Source of the DNA: Nitrospinales bacterium
GTDB lineage: Bacteria > Nitrospinota > Nitrospinia > Nitrospinales > VA-1
DNA length: 64,000 bases
Assembly: GCA_965262115.1 (NCBI GenBank)
Contig: OZ253496.1
Coordinates: 2,080,001-2,144,000 of the forward strand
Direction: 5' to 3'
Part shown: positions 9,958-19,283 of the stretch, piece after piece
Layout: each line of letters starts with the position of its first letter
Numbering within the stretch: the stretch's first letter is position 1
Program-made: the position numbers and the translations under genes
Notes under the pieces: generated by a model
The model's input: only the letters and a program-made list of their open reading frames with translations
Databases searched by the model: none
What the model was told of the DNA's origin: nothing

Positions 9958-9996
9958 TACCCCTTCGGAGCATGAAGACATAGGTTAAATTTCACA
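9958..9996 (+). mobile_element. 39-nt hairpin element (family C) inserted in a family A end
   Basis: Removing TACCCCTTCGGAGCATGAAG..TTTCACA restores CTGGCCCCACGCCG|AGTGGG, the exact reverse complement of the family A left end. Confidence 0.85.
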
Positions 9997-10085
9997 AGTG
10001 GGCTGGGGTGGCAATTGGAGATCAAATCCTATATATTGATCCCCTTTACCCAACAGATAAAAACCCCCTAAATGAAGGAATTGGC

Positions 10086-10481
10086 ATGGCAGGCGCAACA
10101 CATCAAATTCAGATACGACATATTCTGGTCGAAAAAAAGGAAGTGGCAGACTTGCTCATGGAGACAATTGGCAGCCTGCCGACAGAAACGGCCCGGGTTC
10201 AAATGCTGATGAAGCTGGCCGGTAAGTACAGTGTTTGCCCTGCATCTAAAGAGGACGGCGGAAATCTGGGCTGGCTGGAAGTAGGCTGGAACAAGAGCGA
10301 CCCCCGGCAACCGCGGGGCGGTTTTAAAACATTGAGCAATGATGAGTTGAATGATTTTATTCTTGAGGGGGTTGCAAAAATGACCCTGCTTAAAGGAAGA
10401 TTGTTTGGTCCTTTTGAGTCCTATGAAGGATTTCATGTGGGACTCATTTGCCAAGAAATTAAGCTTGATCGGATTCTTTAG
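10086..10481 (+). CDS. Parvulin-like (rotamase) peptidyl-prolyl isomerase family protein
   Basis: RHILV, LAGKYS.CP.SK..GGNLGW, GPFES..GFH; start at ATG 10086 preferred over GTG 10008. Confidence 0.75.
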   Translation: MAGATHQIQIRHILVEKKEVADLLMETIGSLPTETARVQMLMKLAGKYSVCPASKEDGGNLGWLEVGWNKSDPRQPRGGFKTLSNDELNDFILEGVAKMTLLKGRLFGPFESYEGFHVGLICQEIKLDRIL

Positions 10482-10484
10482 CCG

Positions 10485-10612
10485 CCACTTGGTGTGCCAA
10501 CGCGACGCCGGACCCAGTGTGCAATGACTTGTTGAGTTAAGCTAAATGGCTAATTATTCCCCTTCTGGGCACGAGGAATTAGGAAGAATATAACGCAGCG
10601 GAGGTTCTCCGC
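10485..10612 (+). repeat. Family A unit carrying a family C insertion (10557..10595)
   Basis: Degenerate CCACTTGGTGTG left end, CCAACGCGACGCCGGAC module, 39-nt TTCCCCTTCTGGGCACGAGG..AATATAACG, right hairpin GCGGAGGTTCTCCGC. Confidence 0.7.
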
Positions 10613-10615
10613 TAC

Positions 10616-11728
10616 TCATGCCGACGGAGGTTCTCCACCCGTCAAGACCTCCGCGTCTTCTCCGACAAAATTATAAGCAAAGCAACCGCTTGAGCACCGG
10701 ACCATATAGTGCGGGCAGGATCGGCAAGGTTCTTTCGCCTCGGTCTTCTCAAACACCGTGTTCAGGAATTTGGCTCCCATCTTGGCCATGGCGATGGAGT
10801 TCACCTCTTTAAATTCCGAAACATTGCCCAGCTTCAGATTGTGAAAGGGAAAACAGTTGAAGCAGTCGCCTTTGGAGTCAATGTCCATAGGGCTTCCGTC
10901 CGCGCATCCGAAATAGTATTCATTACGGTTCCACTCTTCTATCGGGGGCAACTGTTTGTTTCCGTGAAAATAAATCCGGTCGGTGAGGGAGAGCTGGTCT
11001 TCGCCGATATCATCCAGGAAACAGGGGGGTAGGGAGCAGTCGAAACGAAAACACAGCTGCGGGAATCGCTCCATGACGGCCAGCATTTTCTTGCCGACTT
11101 TTGGGAAGTCCCGAATAGGCAAATAGGTGTTGGCCTCGCCCCCTATAATGGGGAACGCGGGGCTGACCCGGATTTTGTATTGTTTCCCGTTGGGCAAGCC
11201 GACTTTTTGATAGACTCGGTCGATTTCCTCGCATTGCCGTTCGAGGTCCTGATCCTTGGAGTACAGGTTGATGCTGAAAGTGACACTGTAACCGTTAACC
11301 CGCAACATACGCTCGGCGACTTCCTGACATCGCGCATGATTTTTTTCTGAAATATTTTCCATCGTCTGCCAGTTTAATAGGATGGCAAAGTTGATATTTT
11401 TGCTGATGGCGCCGCTGGGGCTGGCGACTTTCAGTAACAGGTCCAACACTTTTTCTGGCATCAAGCCGTTGGTGAAAACGCTGAGGTGCGAAAAGGGCAG
11501 AATGTCGTCATATGTATTTTGAAAAATGTCGGTGAATTGAGGATGCAGTGTGGGTTCCCCACCCATGAAATTGATAATGGGTGCATTTTTGATTTTAGGC
11601 AGGAACTCGTTCAGGAAATAATCATATTCCATGGATTTTCCCGGTGTCTTCACCGTTTCTTCCATGTACTCATCCGCAAAACAGTAATTGCAGCTTAGAT
11701 TGCAGTAACTGTTTAAAATAATATTCAC
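10616..11728 (-). CDS. Radical SAM protein with SPASM/twitch-type C-terminal Cys cluster
   Basis: CNLSCNYC, GGEPTLHP, FTNG, C-terminal GDCFNC and CRSC..C..GC. Confidence 0.88.
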   Translation of the reverse strand: MNIILNSYCNLSCNYCFADEYMEETVKTPGKSMEYDYFLNEFLPKIKNAPIINFMGGEPTLHPQFTDIFQNTYDDILPFSHLSVFTNGLMPEKVLDLLLKVASPSGAISKNINFAILLNWQTMENISEKNHARCQEVAERMLRVNGYSVTFSINLYSKDQDLERQCEEIDRVYQKVGLPNGKQYKIRVSPAFPIIGGEANTYLPIRDFPKVGKKMLAVMERFPQLCFRFDCSLPPCFLDDIGEDQLSLTDRIYFHGNKQLPPIEEWNRNEYYFGCADGSPMDIDSKGDCFNCFPFHNLKLGNVSEFKEVNSIAMAKMGAKFLNTVFEKTEAKEPCRSCPHYMVRCSSGCFAYNFVGEDAEVLTGGEPPSA

Positions 11729-11877
11729 TGGTTGCCTCCCTGGGAACCTTAAACGGTTCGGCTATGACCCTGAAGTCCCTAATAACGGGCCTTCTGCCGG
11801 GTCGAATCGTGAAATTACTAATATTTCCTAGAATGTACCATTATACTAGTTGAGGCTTGGAAAAGGTTCTTTAATGT

Positions 11878-12156
11878 CTAGGGATCGAATTTTTTCTTCC
11901 GGCGCAGGATTTGTGAGGTCCCTGCCTGGACGACAATCCCCATCTCACAGGGATAAGTCCGGACCACATTGATGAATTCCTGAATGGCCTTGTCTTTGGC
12001 ATCGGTATCATCTTTCGCTTCGCAGGCATACTCCCATGCAGAGCTTACGGTGGGGATTTTTTCCAAGCCGTGTTCTTCCAGTCGCTCTGCAATCTCCTTA
12101 TGGGCCTCTTCATTCAAATCTTTGAACTCTACCGCAATGAACACTTTGTACTGCAA
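11878..12156 (-). CDS. Hypothetical protein (92 aa)
   Basis: AAAGGAGG RBS upstream of TTG start; protein-like composition. Confidence 0.7.
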   Translation of the reverse strand: MQYKVFIAVEFKDLNEEAHKEIAERLEEHGLEKIPTVSSAWEYACEAKDDTDAKDKAIQEFINVVRTYPCEMGIVVQAGTSQILRRKKKFDP

Positions 12157-12404
12157 GGGGTTCCTCCTTTGCCTGTCAGGGTTATGAGAAATTTAAAGGG
12201 ACTAGTGTATAATAAGCCGAGTCAAACTACCAGCCGTCCTGTTATCTGGTAGAAAGCTAGCCAAAACATCGTTAGGTCACCAATTATCTCCTGATAATAC
12301 TTAAAGCTATTGCTAATAGCCAGCAGTGGCTACCAGAGGGAACACTCGCCTTGTCTTCGTTTCAAAAATTCATCGCTAATATTGGTTGGACTGTGCTGGG
12401 CAAG

Positions 12405-12710
12405 GTTGTGAGAAGAAAGTTTACTTCGTTGGATGTGATTGAAGTTTTATCAGAGCTATTTATTACACGGGGGTTGCCAAGGCATATCCGATCAGATAAT
12501 GGCCCGGAATTTACCTCGAAAGCGATTCAGAAGTGGTTAAACAATCTGGAGGCAGGCCCGTTATTCATCCAGCCGAGCAGTCCTTGGGAGAACGGTTATT
12601 AATGAGTCGTTCAATGGAAAACTCCGAGATGAATTACTGAATGGAGAGATATTCTATACTCTGAAGGAAGCGAAAATCATGATTGAGAGGTGGCGGGTTC
12701 ATGACAATTC
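12405..12710 (+). pseudogene. IS3-family transposase (integrase core) fragment, frameshifted
   Basis: IRSDNGPEF and PWENGY, then after a frameshift at ~12600 NESFNGKLRDELLNGEIF..IERWR. Confidence 0.85.
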
Positions 12711-13355
12711 GAACAACAATTTAAAAAATTCCAAATTATCGAAGTAGACATTCAGAGAAATAGGCAGGACTTTAGGCCAGAAAGCTATAGGGTTAAGATG
12801 GATTCTATAAAGCCATTAAGGGGAATTGGCACAAATAGAAACTGGGAAGAAAGAAAACATTATTTAATGCCTTTAGTTTCGCCCTCAATGTGTTCGATTC
12901 AAGAAGAACAAAAGGAAAACCAGCGATCGTTGGGATTATTTAAGCCTCTGGAGATAATTGATTTCATAGCAAAAGAAGATAAGGAGGGCTGGGATGAAGC
13001 TGACAAGAGATTACTTTCCCAAATGAAGCTTTTTGGGAAAGAAAAACAAATTCTGGAAAAGATTCCCTTTAAGTTCAAATTTCATTACCGTTGCTTGGGC
13101 GAAAAATGTAAGGGCCATAAGCAAACCATTATTGACTGGGAGGCGGCACAATTATACCGCAATCTAAAAAGTAAATATTCCCGTTCAGATTTAGTAAAAA
13201 AGATGAAGCAGAAATACCTGGACGAAATTTGTGGTTCAGATAAGGACGTTTATTTTATTGTAGGAAATCAGCGCGAAGGCCCCCTATCTTTTTTAATTCT
13301 AGGAATAATCTATCCGAACAAAGAAAATAACTCTCAAGACTCTTTTTCCTTTTGA
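12711..13355 (+). pseudogene. 5'-truncated AT-rich conserved hypothetical protein
   Basis: Frame of ORF 12798..13355 continues upstream as QQFKKFQIIEV..DFRPESYRV until it meets the IS3 fragment; no native start. Confidence 0.55.
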
Positions 13356-13381
13356 GAAAGATTTAATGTCAGGATCAGATT

Positions 13382-14340
13382 TTATTTGTTTTTTACCCGG
13401 CACAAACCAGCGGCGATACTGCCCAAAATGCAATGGGTGAGGGCGGAAATGGCACCGGGAACGGTAGCCAGCCCATAGCTTGAGAAATTGCTCCTTGCCA
13501 GTTCAGTTGCCAGTCCCGAGTTTTGCATCCCCACCTCAATTGATACGGTTTGCGCGTCCTTCTCGGCAAACCGGAGCAGGCGCGATAAAATGTATCCCAA
13601 TAAAAATCCCAACAGGTGAAGCAAAACCACGGCGCTTATTAACGCGGTGCCGATTTCAAGGATCGCATCTTTTTTCGCCGCCAGGATGAAGTCCACAATG
13701 AACACGATGGAAAGTACAGCGAGAAACGGGGTGTAGGCTTCGATCTTCTTCACCCAGCGGTGGAAATAATGGTTGAGGAAAACTCCGATCAAAACGGGAA
13801 GGATGACCACCTTCAAAGTTTTGAGCAACAGCCCCAGAGTGTCCACATCAACTTTTAATCCGGTCAACTCCAACGAAATGGACTCCACCCACCAGGTGGT
13901 CAAAAGCGGTGTGAGCAGAACTGCAAGCAGTGTCGAAACGGTGGTGGGCTGACTGAAAGCGCGACATGCGTCCGGGCGATGAAGCAGACGACATTGGAAG
14001 CGGTGCCGCCGGGACAGCAGGCAACCAGAGCCAGTCCGATGACAAAGTCGATAGGCAGGCTGAACGCCAGTGCCAATGCATAGCCCAGCCCCGGCATGAT
14101 GGTGTATTGCAGACCGACGCCGAGCAAAATGGATTTGGGTAGTTTAAGGACGCGGGAAAAATCTTCAAAGCTCAGGGTCAGTCCCATACTCAGCATGATG
14201 AGACCGAGGAAATACGGAATCCAGTCGGGCTGAAACCAGGTGGCGGTTTGCGGTTTCCACAAGGCCAGTCCGGCACCGGTCAATACCCAGACGGGGAACA
14301 GATTGGCCAGGGCAATGAAAACTCGCTCGACCGGATTCAC
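13382..14340 (-). pseudogene. Bile acid:sodium symporter (BASS/SBF) family, split by a frameshift at ~13947
   Basis: MLSMGLTL, QYTIMP, CPGGTASNV in first ORF; EVGMQNSGLA in second; restoring one base gives VALSVS-x-TTVSTLLAVLLTP. Confidence 0.85.
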
Positions 14341-15011
14341 TAAGGCGCGGGTTTCTGCGCGATGATGCTGGAATAGGCTTCTTTTCCGTCATCATAATCC
14401 TGATAACGGATAACTCTAAGACCTTTGAAGATATCAAGCAGTTCGTTGGTGTCGAGGGCCCACTTGCGACTAAACCGGGCGTATTTCAGGTAGTCAACAT
14501 TATAAGTTTCAACCACGATCATTCCGCCGGGTTTCAGGGCAGACTGGAATTGTTTGAAAAGATCGCGTTGCATATAGTAAGTGCAAAGGATCACGTCATA
14601 GGAGTTGGGCTCAAGTGTATAATTTTCGAGATCGACCACTTTAGTCTCAATGGTGGTGTTGTATTTTTCTGCCAGCTTATGAGCTTTTTCCAGACCCTTT
14701 TCAGAAATATCAAGGCCGAAAACATCGAATCCTTGTGTGGCGAGATAAACCCCGTTTCTTCCTTCTCCCATAGCGAGGTCGAGCGCCTTACCTTTTGGCA
14801 ACAGGTGAACATTGTGGGCCAAAAAAGGGATGGGTGTTTCCCCAAACAGATAGACTTCCGTTTCATATTTGCTGTCCCACCGACTCTTGTCTTTAGAGTG
14901 GGCAAGCACCGCACTAGCAGTACATAAAAGAAACAGCGCGGTTAAAACTACAATGCGTTGTTTAGTATCGTGAAATATTTTCATGGCGAGGGCATCGTGA
15001 AATATTTTCAT
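14340..15011 (-). CDS. Class I SAM-dependent methyltransferase (TehB-like) with N-terminal hydrophobic leader
   Basis: ALDLAMGEGRN, GLDIS, LKPGG; 27-bp tandem duplication at the start (14968..15021) gives two alternative ATGs. Confidence 0.85.
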   Translation of the reverse strand: MKIFHDALAMKIFHDTKQRIVVLTALFLLCTASAVLAHSKDKSRWDSKYETEVYLFGETPIPFLAHNVHLLPKGKALDLAMGEGRNGVYLATQGFDVFGLDISEKGLEKAHKLAEKYNTTIETKVVDLENYTLEPNSYDVILCTYYMQRDLFKQFQSALKPGGMIVVETYNVDYLKYARFSRKWALDTNELLDIFKGLRVIRYQDYDDGKEAYSSIIAQKPAP

Positions 15012-15152
15012 GGCGAGGGCCTTGTGAAAGTTGTTAAATCAGTCTACCGGAAGCCGAAAACCCGTTCAAGAGGATTTCCCATTTACTTGGGTTTAGCAAG
15101 CAGGTAAAATCTATATATTCTATAGTATGAGTTTTTTAAACGGAGTGGAGTT

Positions 15153-15680
15153 ATGTTATTGAGAAATACCACAGGAATGGGACTCGGCATGTTTTTGCTA
15201 GCACTCATCTTTTCTGCAAATAGTTGGGCCGAGGGTTTGGCGAATCAAAAACCGATTGCCCAATCCGCTGATAAGCGTTTCGCCAATTATGCCGATGGCA
15301 CCACCCTCGACAAAAAAACCGGTCTGCTGTGGATGACCCAGGACTACTGGCAACGAGAAACCAATTGGGTCAACTGGTACACGGCAAACGAATATGCCCA
15401 GCGCATGAACCATAAAAGTTTCGCCGGTTATACAGACTGGCGCCTGCCCACTCCTGAAGAAGCAATGACCTTGTATGACCGTAGAAAGCGCAACATAGAC
15501 AAAGACGGCGATAAAATTTTTATGGACACCATGTTTCCCAAAGGCGCGGGTTGGGGAACCTGGACCAGCAAAGAAAAACGCAATAAAGCGGTGGCCGTCT
15601 CCTTCAAAGATGAAGGCGGCAAAGCTTATCAGGATAAAATATCCGGCGTCGATGCCTTCCTAAGATTAGTCCGCCGCTAG
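15153..15680 (+). CDS. Secreted DUF1566 (Lcl-type) domain protein
   Basis: Signal peptide; DGT..D..TGL.W, AGYTDWRLPT..E, terminal LRLVR. Confidence 0.8.
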   Translation: MLLRNTTGMGLGMFLLALIFSANSWAEGLANQKPIAQSADKRFANYADGTTLDKKTGLLWMTQDYWQRETNWVNWYTANEYAQRMNHKSFAGYTDWRLPTPEEAMTLYDRRKRNIDKDGDKIFMDTMFPKGAGWGTWTSKEKRNKAVAVSFKDEGGKAYQDKISGVDAFLRLVRR

Positions 15681-15889
15681 GCGCGGGGCCAGCGTGACGC
15701 TGGACTCATTGAGTAATACTTGGCTGGGTGATCAAAAAGTTTTCTCGACTTGACGAGTCCTTGCCAATCCTTCCCACGGGAGCGGGCCAGTAGCCGTGAT
15801 GCTCCTTCCTTAACCTTCGTGAGTTTTTGATATAACCAACATTATTTTCATGCCCTGACAGGGGTAATCCGGGGTTATGCAAAGGTCTC
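15674..15889. repeat. Mosaic of family A unit, family C copies and a solo MITE B end
   Basis: A unit 15674..15786 with CCAGCGTGACGCTGGAC module; partial C at ~15795..15821; C at 15826..15866 (minus); TTATGCAAAGGTCTC at 15875..15889. Confidence 0.7.
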
Positions 15890-15977
15890 TCCGGAAGAAG
15901 GGGGGAGTGAAGAAGGTTCTGTCTTGCGGGTGGGGGTGGTATCCCTTCGAGTTTTTTGATATTAATGGATATAAACC

Positions 15978-16424
15978 ATGCGAACGATCCATTTAATCTC
16001 AATAGTTGCCTTTGCTCTCCTACTTACAGGTTTGGTCGAAGCTTTTCATCCGGATCACTATGAGCCGAGAGTTCCCTCCGAGCTTTTAGAAGAACTTCAG
16101 GATATGGATAACCCGTATCCCTTTACGCCTGAAAGGGTAGAAGCTGGGCGACAAATATATTTTGGCAAAGGCCAGTGTGTCACCTGCCACAACGTTAATG
16201 GTATGGGTGTGGAACGTCCCGGTCATTCGCCGAGAGACTTCACCGATCCCAAATGGCAGGAGACCCGGACGGATGGCGAACTCATGTGGGTATTGAGGAA
16301 TGGCAGCCCCGGAACGGAAATGCCGGTCCGGGTGGGCAAGGTCATCAGTGAGGAAGAAGGCTGGACGGTGATCCACTTCATCCGCACATTTTCTCCCACT
16401 AGGCGTGGGGCCAGTGACAAATGA
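15978..16424 (+). CDS. Monoheme cytochrome c
   Basis: Signal peptide, CVTCH, NGSPGTEMP (axial Met). Confidence 0.88.
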   Translation: MRTIHLISIVAFALLLTGLVEAFHPDHYEPRVPSELLEELQDMDNPYPFTPERVEAGRQIYFGKGQCVTCHNVNGMGVERPGHSPRDFTDPKWQETRTDGELMWVLRNGSPGTEMPVRVGKVISEEEGWTVIHFIRTFSPTRRGASDK

Positions 16425-16497
16425 CACAACATGATTGCTAGCTAAAAAAACTATTACTGTTTATCAGTTCTCCGCAATTAAATATAGGTGTTCAATA

Positions 16498-17043
16498 ATG
16501 GCGCAGGGGTTCGGCAGGAAAAGAAAAATTATAGTCGGAGTGATTTTGGGAATATTTTTGCTCGGGGTGATTTCTGATGTTTTGGCAGGGCCACCCCTGG
16601 GCCATGGGCGTCGGCATCATTTGCGAAGCTTTCAGGGGCATCATGGACAGGGATTTGCAGGACAGGGGATGTGTCCGCAGAAAAGGGTTACACCGCAGGC
16701 TCCCGAGGATATCCGCAACCAGTCCAATCCTCTGGAACTCAATCGGGAAGTTATTTATTCCGGCGAATCTTTATTTCAGGTGGATGTTCAACCGGTGGCC
16801 TGTAAAATTTGCCATGGCGTGAATGGAAATGGATTGGGCATCATGGCACAGGGGCTGAATCCTCCTCCGAGAAATTTCAACTGCAAAGAAACGATGCAAA
16901 AGGTTTCCGATGGCCAGTTGTTCTGGATCATCCGCAATGGTTCACAGGGAACGGGCATGCCGGCCTATAAAGATTTGGATGACCGGGAAATCTGGCAGAT
17001 CGTTCATTATCTACGCAAATTCTCTCAATCCCGGAAAAAGTAA
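16498..17043 (+). CDS. Monoheme cytochrome c
   Basis: N-terminal TM/signal, CKICH, NGSQGTGMP. Confidence 0.88.
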   Translation: MAQGFGRKRKIIVGVILGIFLLGVISDVLAGPPLGHGRRHHLRSFQGHHGQGFAGQGMCPQKRVTPQAPEDIRNQSNPLELNREVIYSGESLFQVDVQPVACKICHGVNGNGLGIMAQGLNPPPRNFNCKETMQKVSDGQLFWIIRNGSQGTGMPAYKDLDDREIWQIVHYLRKFSQSRKK

Positions 17044-17047
17044 AGCG

Positions 17048-17542
17048 ATGATCCGGATTCTGCTACTGGCCTTCGCGATATTTTTGGTTGACGAGGTAAA
17101 AGAAGTTTTTTCCGGAGACGCGCGGTCTTATAGGTCACAAGGTTTGGATGGATCGGTGCAGCGGGTTTCCGGAATCTGTCCGCAGAACCGTAAAACCCCT
17201 AAGGCCCCGAGCCGGTACTTGAAAAAGAAAAATCCGATTCCATCCACCTCGGTGAATATCGAGAGTGGAAAGCGGCTTTTTAGTAAGGATGCAAAACCCA
17301 CAGCCTGCAAGCTCTGCCATGGAGCTAGAGGTAATGGCAATGGCAGTCTGGCAAGAAGGTTGGACCCGCCTCCGAGAAATTTTACCTGCTCCGAAGTGAT
17401 GCGGGATCTGCCGGACGGTCAGTTATTCTGGATCATCCAGAACGGGTCCCGCGGTACAGCCATGCCGCCCCATAAATTCACTTTGAAGCCCGAAGAAATC
17501 TGGCAATTGATTCTATTTATAAAACAGTTTTTGAGAGTCTGA
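17048..17542 (+). CDS. Monoheme cytochrome c (paralogue of preceding gene)
   Basis: Signal peptide from ATG 17048, CKLCH, NGSRGTAMP. Confidence 0.88.
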   Translation: MIRILLLAFAIFLVDEVKEVFSGDARSYRSQGLDGSVQRVSGICPQNRKTPKAPSRYLKKKNPIPSTSVNIESGKRLFSKDAKPTACKLCHGARGNGNGSLARRLDPPPRNFTCSEVMRDLPDGQLFWIIQNGSRGTAMPPHKFTLKPEEIWQLILFIKQFLRV

Positions 17543-17571
17543 AGGTTATTAACAGGGACGGGAGAATTATT

Positions 17572-18573
17572 ATGCGGCGGTTATTGGTTAGATGTTTCGC
17601 GGTTTTACTGTTTGCATTGTTGTCAGTGCCGCCAGCCTTGTGGGCCGGGGATGATGGATTCGCCGAAAAAATAATCTACAGTCAGTGCAAAAACTGTCAT
17701 CGGTTTAAAGGCAAACCGACCTCCAAGTTTGAACTGAAAGCGCCCGACTTGATGTGGAGCGGCGTTAAATACCAACGCCCCTGGTTGATCCGCTGGTTGA
17801 TGGGCCAAGAGAGAAATCTCTATCCCAATAGTTATCGCTGGGATAAATCCACTTTTTCCGGGAAGCATATGGTTTTGATGCGCGAAGAAGCCACGGTGAT
17901 TGCCGACTATATGGAAAAGACTTTCCGCGACCCCCGCATTAAGAAAAGTTTTGTCGACATGTCCACCTTTACGGAAATGGAGGCCAGCTTGGGGGCGGAT
18001 ATTTTCCGGGAATATTCCTGTATGGGTTGCCACCAGATCAAGGATGATGAAGGAAAAAATATAGGCGGCCCGATCAGTGTTGACCTTTTTGATGCGGGCA
18101 ACCGCTATACGTTGGATTGGTGGAGCCGGTTCGCGGAAAACCCTCAGGATTTCACCCCGCACAGCGGCGAATACCTGGCCGATATTAGCCTGCGCAAGGC
18201 ACGCCATATTATTGGTTACCTCATGACTCTTGGCGTGAAAGATTTTAAGTTCTACGAACCGTGGAACTCAGCGGCTTTCAAAAAAGCCGACGCGAAACGC
18301 GGCGCCAAAGTTTATAAAGAATATTGTGTGCAGTGCCATGGACCTCAAGGTAAGGGCGATGGGCCGGGAGCCAAAGGGCTGGACCCGAAACCCGCAGTGC
18401 ATGCCGATCTGCCGCTTGCCGATTACCCCGACGATTATTTATATAATCTGATTTATTATGGCGGGAAGAGTGTCGGTAAATCCCCCAATATGCCGGACTG
18501 GGGCCTGACTTTACCTGAACAAAGCCTGGCCAATGTCATCGCTTACGTTCGTTCTACTTTCAAAGGTCAATAA
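17572..18573 (+). CDS. Triheme cytochrome c
   Basis: Signal peptide; CKNCH, CMGCH, CVQCH. Confidence 0.88.
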   Translation: MRRLLVRCFAVLLFALLSVPPALWAGDDGFAEKIIYSQCKNCHRFKGKPTSKFELKAPDLMWSGVKYQRPWLIRWLMGQERNLYPNSYRWDKSTFSGKHMVLMREEATVIADYMEKTFRDPRIKKSFVDMSTFTEMEASLGADIFREYSCMGCHQIKDDEGKNIGGPISVDLFDAGNRYTLDWWSRFAENPQDFTPHSGEYLADISLRKARHIIGYLMTLGVKDFKFYEPWNSAAFKKADAKRGAKVYKEYCVQCHGPQGKGDGPGAKGLDPKPAVHADLPLADYPDDYLYNLIYYGGKSVGKSPNMPDWGLTLPEQSLANVIAYVRSTFKGQ

Positions 18574-18580
18574 TAAAAGA

Positions 18581-18614
18581 GGCATTGTGTCTCAAGGCAC
18601 AATGCCCTATTTTT
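18581..18614 (+). terminator. Intrinsic terminator after cytochrome cluster
   Basis: GGCATTGTGTC-TCAA-GGCACAATGCC stem followed by CTATTTTT. Confidence 0.7.
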
Positions 18615-18830
18615 CCCATAAAATACAAAAGGTTGGGGATGGCTTCTGTCTCGCGTTCTGTGTCCGAAAATTTACAAATTAAAAAAATTAATTTGGAAAC
18701 TATGGCGAGAATTGTTTTCGGGAATTATATTCTAAAAAGTTAGTGGTCGAATTCAATGTTTGTGAAAAAAGTAAATTATGGTTTTTTTTAGACAGTGAAC
18801 TTTGTTCCCAATTCTGAGTAGGAGGTCATC

Positions 18831-19253
18831 ATGTCCATTTTAGGAAACGCTGCCAATACCAAAGGTAAGATTTTGCTCATTGATGATGAAGCTGAAGTGA
18901 TAGAGGTATTACGGCTTCACCTTGAATCGGATAAATATAATGTGATTGAGGCTTCAGATGGGGCAGAAGGCGTCACTCTGATGAAGTCGGGTTCCAATCT
19001 GCTGCAGGTTGGGCTGATCATTTGTGATATTAGAATGCCAAAGGTCAATGGCATTGAGACCATTGAGTATTTGAAACAGAATGCGCCTTCCATTCCTGTC
19101 ATTGTGGTCACGGGCTATCCCGACTCGGATCTCGCAGTTTCCTTGTTGAAAAAGGGTGTGAAGGATTATCTGGTGAAGCCTATTGAGAAAGTAAAACTGC
19201 TGGCCAAAGTTGCAGAGGTACTGGCCTCCCCGCAAGAATTTAATTATGTTTGA
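18831..19253 (+). CDS. Single-domain response regulator
   Basis: ILLIDDE, ICDIRMPKVNG, VVTGY, YLVKP; GGAGG RBS. Confidence 0.92.
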   Translation: MSILGNAANTKGKILLIDDEAEVIEVLRLHLESDKYNVIEASDGAEGVTLMKSGSNLLQVGLIICDIRMPKVNGIETIEYLKQNAPSIPVIVVTGYPDSDLAVSLLKKGVKDYLVKPIEKVKLLAKVAEVLASPQEFNYV

Positions 19254-19283
19254 ACCATGTATCCATAACAAGGGGTTCAATTT

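Noticed and set aside
9542..9988. ORFs lying over repeat mosaics (also 4447..4917, 50240..50533, 56505..56771, 35662..35958)
   Set aside because: They translate MITE or palindrome sequence (recurrent CHAELVEA / FDKLSMT strings) and show no protein family motifs.
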